Part shown: positions 50,773 to 60,792 of the stretch, in pieces
How positions within the stretch are numbered: the stretch's first letter is position 1
How the letters are laid out: every line of letters starts with the position of its first letter
NCBI RefSeq assembly: GCF_902713615.1
Contig: NC_052147.1
Location: 125,060,435 to 125,124,434 of the forward strand
Reading direction: 5' to 3'
DNA from: Scyliorhinus canicula
Taxonomy: Eukaryota
Length of the DNA stretch: 64,000 bases
Notes under the pieces: model-generated
Seen by the model: only the letters and a program-made list of their open reading frames with translations
Told to the model about the DNA's origin: nothing
Database searches by the model: none
Made by a program: the position numbers and the translations under genes

Positions 50773-53700
50773 TGATGCACCATCAATTGTACTTGAGTCG
50801 TAGTGAAGTTCCAAACAACAGGCTTTAATACGCCAGATGTGAGCCCGGCAGTGGTCATACAGAGAAAGGCCGACTGCCAGCCAGTATGAGCACTTATACC
50901 CCACCTTGTAGGCGGAGCTACCAACCTCTCAGCCAATCGGCGGGGAGTCACATGACCAGCTATAACCAATTGGCAGAGAGGCACATGACTTGCCTGGGCC
51001 AATGGGCAGCGAGGCTGCTGTACCAATGGCAGCTTGGTTCTTTCGTAATGTGATCTCTCTAGCCATACTACCACATTCACCCCTTGTTGAGAAAGAAGCG
51101 GGGGGATGGGTGGGTGGGAAGGAGTGGCGGGAGAGACGGGGGGGGGGCTGTAAAACTAGTAGTATGACTAGAGACCTTCTCGGGTAGTACCGAGGTAACT
51201 ATGGCTGCCCACTGGCCTGCGACGAACGTGTAAGAAAACTATACTATATACAGTGTACAAGGGAAAAAACAACAATAACCATCGTAATAATAATGGGAAC
51301 AAAACAAAAAAAAACACAGGCAAGGAACATATGCAGAACGTGAAAGTCCATAAGGTCCATCAAATTGACTCGATCAGCCGGATGGTTGCCTTCGATGTCC
51401 TGCCGGACCTGCGCAGCGGTGCCAGCGACGTTGGAGCGGTGGTTGTCCGAGACTCCGGGAGCTGTGGTCGCGGTCCTGTGTCCGTACCCCTGGTCGGAGC
51501 TGGTGGTAGCCGGGCCGGGGGGAGGGGTTCCTGTGCGCTGGGTTGCGGGGGCGCTGGGGGTGCTGGGGGCACTGGGGGCAGTCGGGACTGAGGGAAGGGT
51601 GTTGGTGCTGGGGGATGTGGCCGCACTCCGGCGGGTGCCAGGTCCCGAATGGAGACCGTGTCCTGCCGACCGTCGGGATACTCCACATACGCGTACTGCG
51701 GGTTAGCGTGGAGTAACTGGACTCTTTCAACCAACGGGTCGGACTTGTGCACCCGCACATGCTTCCGGAGCAGGATGGGCCCGGGGGTAGCCAGCCAGGT
51801 CGGGAGTGGGGTCCCAGAGGAAGACTTCCTGGGGAAAAGAAGAAGACGTTCATGATGTGTTTGATTTGTGGCAGTACAGAGGAGAGACCGAATAGAGTGG
51901 AGGGCGTCTGGGAGAACCTCCTGCCAGTGGGAGACTGGGAGACACCTGGACCGTAGGGCCAGTAGGACGGTCTTCCAGACTGTACCATTCTCCCTCTCGA
52001 CCTGACCGTTACCCCGGGAGTTATAACTGGTCGTCCTGCTAGAGGCGATGTCCCTGCTGAGCAGGAATTGACGCAGTTCGTCACTCATAAAGGAGGACCC
52101 CCGGTCGCTGTGGATGTACACGGGGTAACCGAACAGGTTGCCTCCTTTTCCACTGAGGAATGGCGGATTTCGGAACCATGGAGGGTCCGGGAGAAAAAGG
52201 ACACGGGTCTGCCCGCTTGGCTGAGGGTGGCCGCCAGAGCTACATCGGACACGTCGCTCTCAACCTGGAATGGGAGGGACTCATCGATAGCGCGCATCGT
52301 GGCCTTTGCAATGTAATTTTTGATGCGGCTAAAGGCCTGGCGGGCCTCCATCGACAGTGGAAACGTGTTGGACTGGATGAGGGGGCGGGCTTTGTCGGCG
52401 TAGTTAGGGACCCACTGGGAATAATAAGAAAAAAAGCCCAGACAGCGTTTGAAGGAGTTGGGAAGGGGGAGTTCTATTAGGGGGCGCATGCGTTCGAGGT
52501 CAGGGCCTATCACTCCATTACGCACTACGTAGGCGAGGATGGCTAGACGGTGCTTATCCTTATTATACGTGAGGTTAAGGAGCTTTGCGGTTCGGAGGAA
52601 TTTACGGAGGTTGGTGTCGTGGTCCTGCTGGTCATGGCCGCAGATGGTGACATTGTCGAGATACGGGAAGGTGGTGATGCACCATCGATTGCACGCGAGG
52701 CGAGTGATTTACCAATGTCAGGCTTTAATTAACTAGAACACAGCCTGGCGATCGTCTACAGTGGAAAGGAACGATCGTCAGGCTTCTGAGCATTTATACC
52801 TCGTTGATAGAGGCGTGGTTAACTCAGCCTCTCGGCCAATCGGTCGAGAGGCACATGACCGACCAGGGCCAATGGTAAGCCGACGTTCTGGCCCAATGGC
52901 AGACGAGTATGCAGATCATATCATCACAGGTGGCTCGTAAATCGTATTGGTCAATCATCCGGTCCATCTTCCTCTGGAAGACCGAGACCCCATTCATGAC
53001 ACCAAAAGGAACCCTTAAAAAGTGGTAGAGTCGCCCATCCGCTTCGAACGCAGTGTACTTTCGGTCACTCGTGCGGATGGGGAGCTGGTGGTAGGCGGAC
53101 TTAAGGTCCACCGTGGAAAAAACTTTGTACTGCGCGATCCTGTTAACCAGGTCGGAGATACGGGGGAGAGGATATGTGTCCAGTTACGTAAACCTGTTGA
53201 TGGTCTGACTGTAATCGATGACCATACGGTTTGTCTCTCCAGTCTTAACCACCAGCACTTGTGCTCTCCAGGGACTGTTGCTAGCCGCAATGACCCCTTC
53301 CTTCAGGAGCCTTTGGACCTCGGACCTGATGAAGGTCCAGTCCTGGGCACTGTACCGTCTGCTCCTGGTGGCGACGGGTTTGCAATCCGGGGTGAGGTTT
53401 GCAAACAAGGAAGGGGGGTTGACCTTGAGGGACGCGAGGCTGCAGACAGTAAGGGGGGGAATAGGGCCACCGAATTTAAAAGTTAAGCTCTGCAGGTTGC
53501 ACTGAAAGTCCAGTCCAAGAAGTGCCGGTGCGCAGAGGCGGGGAATGATGAGGAATTTATAATTTTTAAAAACCCTCCCCTGGACCGTGTGATTTGGACG
53601 GAGTGTGAACCAGATGCCAGAGCTATTTTGTGCTTTACGGGGTGAACGGGGAGCGCGCAGCGTCTTACCGTGTCGGGGTGGACAAAACGCTCTGTGCTTC

Positions 53701-55119
53701 CGGAGTCCAGCAGGCAGCTCATCTCGCGACCGTTGAGGTGGATCTGTGTGGTCGCCGTGGAAAGCGTGTGGGGCCGTGATTGATCCAGCGTCACCGAGGC
53801 GAGTCGTGGCAGGAACTCGGAGTCATCATCCAATACGGAGTAATCGCTTGCGGGGTCCTCCGTGCCGATCCAAGATGGCGGCGCCCATCGGCCGTACGTG
53901 GTGGGGGATGAACAAGATGGCGGCACCCTGGGGTCACACGTGGAGTCGGCCGTGGATCACTCGTGGTGGTGGGGGGTGGAGTCAGCGAGGAGTGCAGGGA
54001 GGGGTGCCGCGGTCGCTGTCTGGAACGGCAGCGACTGACTTGGAGAGGCAGACGGCCGCGAAATGGCCCTTTTTGCCGCAGCTCTTGCAGACTGCGGTGC
54101 GGGCGGGGCAGCGTGGGCGGGGGTGCTTGGCCTGCCCGCAGAAATAGCAGCGGGGGCCCGTGGGCTTGTCTGGGCGTCCTGCAGCCCAGGTCTGGGTGTC
54201 TCAGTCGGCGGGTGCGAGTGGGGTGTCCCATGCTGCCACGGGGCTGCCGTGCGGCCAGGAGTATACGCGCCCGCATTGGGGTCAGCGACCTCCAAGGAGG
54301 ATGCAAGGGTCCGTGCCTCAGTGAGGCTGAGAGTGTCCTTTTCTAACAGTCTCTGGCGTATTTGGGGTGACTGCATGCCCGCTACAAAGGCGTCCCTGAT
54401 CAAGAGTTCGGTGTGCTCCGCAGCAGTGACCTGCGGGCAGGCGCAATTTCTCCCCAGGACAATGAGGTCCTGATAGAATTAATCGAGGGACTCACCGGGG
54501 AATTGTTGCCTTGTTGCCAGGAGGTGCCGCACGTAGGCCTGGTTTACTGGCCTGATGAAGTGTCCTTTTAGAAGATCCATAGCGACATCATAGTCCAGTT
54601 CGTCCTCTATCATCGAGTAAACGGCGGTGCCCACGCACGAGTGGAGGATGTGGAGTTTCTGCTCCTTTGTTGGTCGATTTTCTGCAGTAGTGAGGTAGCT
54701 GTTGAAGCACGCCAGCCAATGTTTAAAAGTTGCTGACGCGTTTGCAGCATGCGGGCTGATCCGGAGGCATTCTGGCTTAATCCGTAGTTCTATTTTCAAA
54801 GTCTAGCGTATTAAATTGATGCACCATCAATTGGACTCGAGTTGTAGTGAAGTTCCAAACAACAGGCTTTAATACGCTAGATGTGAGCCCGGCAGTGGTC
54901 ATACAGAGAAAGGCCGACTGCCAGCCGGTACGAGCTCTTATATCCTGCCTTGTAGGCGGATCTACCAACCTCTCAGCCAATCGGCAGGGAGTCACATGCC
55001 CAGCCACAACCAATTGGCAGAGAGGCACATGACTTGCCTGGGCCAATGGGCAGCGAGGTTGCTGTACCAATGGCAGCTTGGTTCTTTGGTAATATGTTCT
55101 CTCTGGCCATACTACCACA
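50773..55119 (-). mobile_element. Ty3/gypsy LTR retrotransposon, family A copy 2 (internal deletion, nested solo LTR)
   Basis: 303-bp LTRs at 50773-51075 and 54817-55119; TSD CATTC; PPT complement at 51076; gag (ELRIKPECL..., paired CCHC at ~54050-54150), PR LLDSGS, RT, partial RH and partial IN. Confidence 0.97.
52675..52928 (-). repeat. Solo LTR (254 bp) nested in RT of family A copy 2
   Basis: Sense TGTGATG...GGTGCATCA; TSD GGTGG; TATAAA and ATTAAAGCC present. Confidence 0.93.
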
Positions 55120-56907
55120 CATTCCATAAGTTTTCCCAATTACTTGCTGTACCTGTATACTAGTCTTTTGTGATTGATGCACTAGGACACCCAGATTCCT
55201 CTCCATCTCAGAGCTCTGCAATCTCTTACCATTTCGATAATATGCTCCTCTTTTCTTCTCCCTTCTAAAATGGGCAATTTGATATTTTCCCACAGCGTAT
55301 TGTGGACAACAGTGACTTTCTCAAAGAGCTGCAGCCCCACCCTGTTTAGTGTTTGTGTGAACCATCCCAAATTAGGCACACCAACAGGTCCCCACCCCAT
55401 AACCTGCAGTCGGCGTCTATCCCATTCCACTAATTCATGTGCTTTTCCTTGGACCCTCTTGTTTGCCTGTGTCACATGCAGACTTGTCAGTGTCCAGCTT
55501 TCATCTCCTTGGTCTTCCTCTGCATTTCATTGTTCATCTCCTTCATCCACCTCCTTTCCCCTCTGCCTGCCATCATGACCTTTAACCCCTTGCACATCCT
55601 GCTCCTTGCACAGCCTTCCTTCCACATTGGCACACTAGTCTTTGCTTGTCTTCATTGTATCACCACCCCGTGGCCTCTCCTGGCACTCCGCACCTGGTCG
55701 AACTTGTGACCTTTGTTGTGGTGGCTGCAGGAGTCAAGCAGCACAGTAATGTCTGGTATGTGGCAGCAGGATGTAGGAGACCCCTGTACTCCCCAGCCCC
55801 AGGCACAGTACTGATCTGACTTGATGACTCAGGAGGGTCCATAGGTCCAGAAGCACGATGGTGTCCATGAAGACCAGCTCTGCATGGAGATGGGGGCAGA
55901 AACCGGACTGCCTGGCAGAGTGATGAACAGCGCACCAAGAGCAGTGCAGCACTATGGCAGAAAGTTGTTGCACTCGTCTCAAAGTCTCTGGTGAACTGAG
56001 GCCAGTCTTTATCGATCGGGTTTAACAACAAAGTGATTTCCCGCTGGTGTAATGCAAGATTGAAAGGCCTGACAGGATGCCAGTGGGCAGCTGTTTAAAT
56101 GAGCATTCATCAGATGCAAATGGCATTGACATCACCTGCCAGCGGCAATAGCGACTCTCCGTTAACCCGAAATTGGGAGAATTGCAACTTGATTTTATGC
56201 TAGCAGGCTTCCGCCTTTTTGGTTCCTGACAAATTCTCCCCGCCCGCCCACCACCAAACGTGCATCGGGCGGATTGAGTGAATTCTGCTCCTTGTCTCGG
56301 ACCCACTCCTCTCTCCCTCAAACTGAATGTAAAATTCAATCATATTATGGTCAATGCTACCTAAGCCTCTCTTCACTATGAGATCATTAATAACTTCCAT
56401 CTCATTGCATATTACCAGGTCTAGTTTAACCTACTCTCTAGTTGGCTCCAGAACAGAAACTATCCCGGAAACATTCTATGAACTCCTCATTTAGGCTATC
56501 TCTGCCCATCGGATTTTTGCAGTGTATTTGTAGTTTAAAATCTCCATGACTAGCACTGTGCCTTCTGACAAGCTCCTATTAGTTCTTTAAGCTCCACCCC
56601 GCTATGTAGTTACAATTGGAGGGCCTGTACACGACTCCCACAAGTGACTGCTTGCCTTCATCATTTCTCATCTCTGCCCAAATCCTTTCCACATCCTGGT
56701 TTCCTGAATTTAGCTCATCCCTCTCTATCAAGCTAACTCCATCATTAACTAACAGAGCCAACCCTTGACCCTCTCCTCGCTTCCTGCCCTACCTAAATGT
56801 CCTGTACCCTTCAATATTCAGTTCCCAATCCATGTCCCCCTGCAGCTTTACCTCCATAATGACTACCAAAGCACACTTAGTCATTTTTATGTACACACTC
56901 AGTTCAT

Positions 56908-57033
56908 GGGCTAGATTCTCCTGCTCAGCCTGCCGCAAGAACGCCACGGGCGAGACACCGACAATGGAAAAATCCATTGACCTCAGGCAGGATTCTCCAG
57001 TCGCCGGGTGAAAGCGGCCGAAGAATCCTGCAC
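56908..57033. mobile_element. Minimal Harbinger-type MITE (126 bp)
   Basis: GGGCTAGATTCTCC / GAAGAATCCTGCAC; TSD CAT/CAC. Confidence 0.7.
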
Positions 57034-57499
57034 CACGTTTTGTTTTGAATGCTACATGCATTCAGATGCAGAGCTTTTACTTTTATCCTTTTATTCTTTT
57101 CCTAACCTCTGGTCTTATCTGTTGATTTGCTGCTAGATTTTTACACTCTAGCCCTTCCTGTCATGGTATATCTTTCATTCCTCTTAATAATACCTTTGCA
57201 TTTGCTTTGTGTCTACTATTAGATTTACCACATCTTCTCAAATTTGATCCCTTACCTACACTACTTAGTTCAAAACCCTCTCTACGCCCGTGGTTATTTG
57301 GCTCGCAAGAACACGCCCCAGCACAGTTCAGGTGTAGATCGCCCCAGAGGTACAGACCCTGCTTTCGCCAGTGAATCCACGCTCTAACCATGTGACTAAC
57401 TGAATGAAGCAATCCACGTAAAAGCAGATTGCTTCTCTTAAAGAGGAACTGTGCTGTCTGACTGCTCAGACTGCAACTGGCTGCAAGAAACAGAGCAAA

Positions 57500-57720
57500 T
57501 TGAGCACCAAGGAAGAGAGTGAGATTCCATAGTAATGGATGAAGAGCTGGAGGCCTTAGTGATGGATGTCAGCAGGAGAGAATTCCCAAATTCACACTTC
57601 CACAGTGAGGCCCAAAACGCCCACCGATGGGAAAGGGAGATGGTGCCTATGGGAGATCAACTCCCAGAATCTGGCCCCAAAAAAATATTTAATGGCCTAA
57701 TATAGACAGTCAACTGCATC
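57500..57720 (+). pseudogene. Possible Harbinger Myb/SANT-like ORF remnant
   Basis: RVRF...DEELEALVMDVSRR resembles helix 1 of the Myb-like partner protein. Short and decayed. Confidence 0.4.
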
Positions 57721-59069
57721 TTTACGTGGAATTTCCTATCCACCAAGTAGCAACCTCTCACATTGCTCAATGCACCACTCACTCTTTAGCAGCCCCTGGC
57801 ACTCAGGACTTAAGTGCTCCACCTCACCCTTGAGGTGCAAGCTGCAAATGGTGTGACCATGGGCTTCTTGCTTTTCATTCCACCTCTTTCATCACCCTAA
57901 ACCTCCTCTTCTGATTTTCTATTTGTAGACATCCTGGAACAGCAAGCTCAGTCTTAATGGCTTCAGGATGAGGGAATGGAACAATCTCAGCCCCGAAGAA
58001 CAAGATCTGTTATTGTTGTCTGAAATTTGCAGCCACCAGCCCAGATAGGCACGTTGTAGAGACGTTTGCTGCAACTGTAATCTTTATGGCCACTGGCAGT
58101 GCCATCCTCACCCCCATGTGTCACTGCAGGTCCTTTGAATGGAGGTGGCACAGTCCTGTGGCCAACTACTTGTTGAATCTGAGCTGCCTCAGGTATTGCT
58201 TCTGGATGAGGTGGAAGTAGAAGGATTCTCTGAAAACCCGCATTCACTCAGCCAGGCCTTCAGTGGAGTTCCTTCCTCCTTGTTGACAGAGTTTCCCCTT
58301 TCTGCAGCCTCTGCTCCATTTGTTGGTCATGCTGAAACACACTGCAACTACCATGTCCATACATCTTGTAGACATAGTGTGTATACATCTTGTAGACATA
58401 GTGTGTATACAAGACCAAATCCTTATCCTGCCTGAACGAATGAACTGACTCACAAAAGGCCTCCAAAAACAAGCTACAATACCTCCACAAACTTAGACAC
58501 AGAAGTAAGTCAAACGAAGCTCATCTCCCAGTTCTGTTGAAGAGTCATTGACCTGAAACATTAACAATACTGCTCGCTCCACAGATACTGCCAGACCTGC
58601 TGTGTTTTTCCTGCATTTTCCGTTTGTATTTCACATGTAAATTAGATGGATGGTCCTTTAAAAGCGCGATTTGCAGGTCTCTCACCGAAATGCACGTTAA
58701 CAGTGAGGGATTGCTACAAGATGTTTAATGGACCTGGAGCAGTCCAAATTTCCAAAACGTATGGCAAATCAGCTGGAACAGCTGTTGACATCACAAACTG
58801 GTCATTCTGGGCTGGTGGAATGGAGCACCATGTCAGTTAGTGATCGGCAGAATGGTGGCACCATTTACAGATTTCAGGGCTTCTGTAATATTGACACTAA
58901 TGGTGTTACAAAGCCCAATCTCACAGCTCAGATAATCAGAATTCACTGGTAGACTCTGTTGGCCTGAAGGTTGATGAAGGCAACAAAGAGGCAAGGCCTT
59001 GTACTTTGCTGAAGTAACTTGAAAATATAGCTGCTCAAACACTTTTAATAATTCTGCCAGCACTCAGTG

Positions 59070-59545
59070 TGTCTTGTTATGCTCTTGGCGTAGCATAAGC
59101 TGCTTCCTTGATGTTCACTCTGACAAAGGAAGGTTCAGACGTGGAGATAACTTCAACACGTTTATTAAACTATTTACAATTCTCCTACTCGGATTCGCCT
59201 CGACTGTTAATCCTTCTATAGCTACTCAGACTGACGAACCAGTCTGCTGCAATCCACATGGTGGGTGTGATATTGAATCAACCCTGTGTCTGTACTCACT
59301 GAGTGTCTCCGCTAGAAAGAGGAAGATCATGTGTGCTGTGTCCTTTATATATGGGTTGGTGTAATGCCCTCCTGTGGTCGTGTCACCTCTGTGTGTATCG
59401 TGAATGCCCATTGTCGTGTCCTATCTTACTGATCTATTGGTTGAGTGTCTGTGTGTCATGTCTCTGGTGCTCCCTCTAGTGTCTAGCTAGTCTACGTGTA
59501 CTTACATTAATCCCTTGTGTATCTACAGTGATGCATATCACCACA
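59070..59545 (-). repeat. Solo LTR (476 bp)
   Basis: Sense TGTGGTGATATG...AAGACA; 5-bp TSD CAGTG; TATATAAA at ~59344-59351; AATAAA at 59161-59166. Confidence 0.88.
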
Positions 59546-59587
59546 CAGTGTACAGAAATAAACACATCAAAAGGGAACACCATCTGA

Positions 59588-59917
59588 GCGGCAAGGTGGC
59601 ACAGTGGTTAGCACTATTGTCTCACAACTCCAGGTACTCTGGTTCAATTCCGGCCTCGGGTGACTGCCTGTGTGTGTGTGAAGTTTGCACTTTCTCCCCG
59701 TGTCTGCGTTGGTTTCCGGTCTGCTCCAGTTCTCCCCGTGTGCTCCGGTTTCCTCCCACAGTCCAAAGATGTGCAGGTTAGGTGGATTGGCCATGCTAAA
59801 TTGTCCCTGATTGTCAGGGATAGGGTAGAGGCGTGGGCTTAAGTGCAGTGTTCTTTCTAAAAGCTGGTGCAGATGGATGGGATGGATAGCCTCCTTCTGC
59901 ACTGTAAATTCTGTGAT
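59588..59917 (+). mobile_element. HE1/V-SINE-like SINE
   Basis: GCGGCAAGGTGGCACAGTGGTTAGC...GGTTCAATTCC...CR1-type tail. Confidence 0.87.
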
Positions 59918-60792
59918 TCAACTGCACTTGACTGATTGGGTGCATAACTCCAAATGTGCTAAAGAGAGCTTCCTTAACCACATCCCAAGTTTCTCCCTGT
60001 GTTTGTTGCATGAAAATTGCTCAGAAAAGTCACTCAGTGCAACATGATGGAATGAAGTCCGTTTCACTGCTGTCATGAATAGGGTGTGATCCCCACAGCC
60101 GGGATAGGGTGTAATGAAATTGTACAGAGGCAGTTCCGCAAACAATCAGCACTGATCTCTCCTGCACATATTGCAGGATTGAGCACATTGCCGATGCGAC
60201 AAATCACAACGCTCATCTGATCGACATATTTTTGACCCTGATGTCATGACATTAAGGGTCAATTACTGTGTGATCCTTGAATGAATTAGCTGATTTTGCA
60301 GAGCCAAGTGAGCGGCCTGAATTAGAAAATTAAGTGCAGAGGCTAGTGCAATTGATTTATAATCAGCTTCTACCCAGGGACAAAAGGACTGTTGATCCCT
60401 GCTGCCACCGTCTGACAGGCAAGGAGCACTGCCCTGCAGTGTCAAGCAGAGACTGTCTTCCAACCCATCATTTATTACAGGCAGCCTGAGTCACTGAAAA
60501 TACATTCAGTGCAGCGTTACTCTGACACACATTCCCCATTTCATGTTGGTCTTTTTACCTTGCCATCACTTACATTCCATTCCCACCCACAACTGTGGAA
60601 AAGGTTGATAAATATCATGTAAACATTTTCAACATTCACAAAGTCTGAAATCTTATTTTATTCCACAAGCAGCAACTTTACTTTAATACATGCAACCATT
60701 TGATATCGGAGTCACATGTTGCCTCTGCCCCATTAAATTGAAGATAATGCTAATTATTCAAAAGGTCTGGCTCTGTAAAATTGTACAACGTC

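Larger units (their letters stand above)
49965..57400 (-). mobile_element. Decayed CR1 LINE pieces hosting a gypsy element and MITEs
   Basis: 3' part QRVVSLWNSVP and LYRTLVRPHLEHC (50003-50770) continues at 55125-55290; endonuclease LVGVVYRP, LGSIDHNMIEF and WELNIEGY at 56300-56850. Confidence 0.8.

Noticed and set aside
55400-56300. Possible second Myb-like Harbinger remnant on the minus strand
   Set aside because: Similarity (WPQFTRDFET) is too weak to support without a search.
58359-58410. 24-bp direct duplication TACATCTTGTAGACATAGTGTGTA
   Set aside because: Two copies only; ordinary slippage within decayed repeat sequence.
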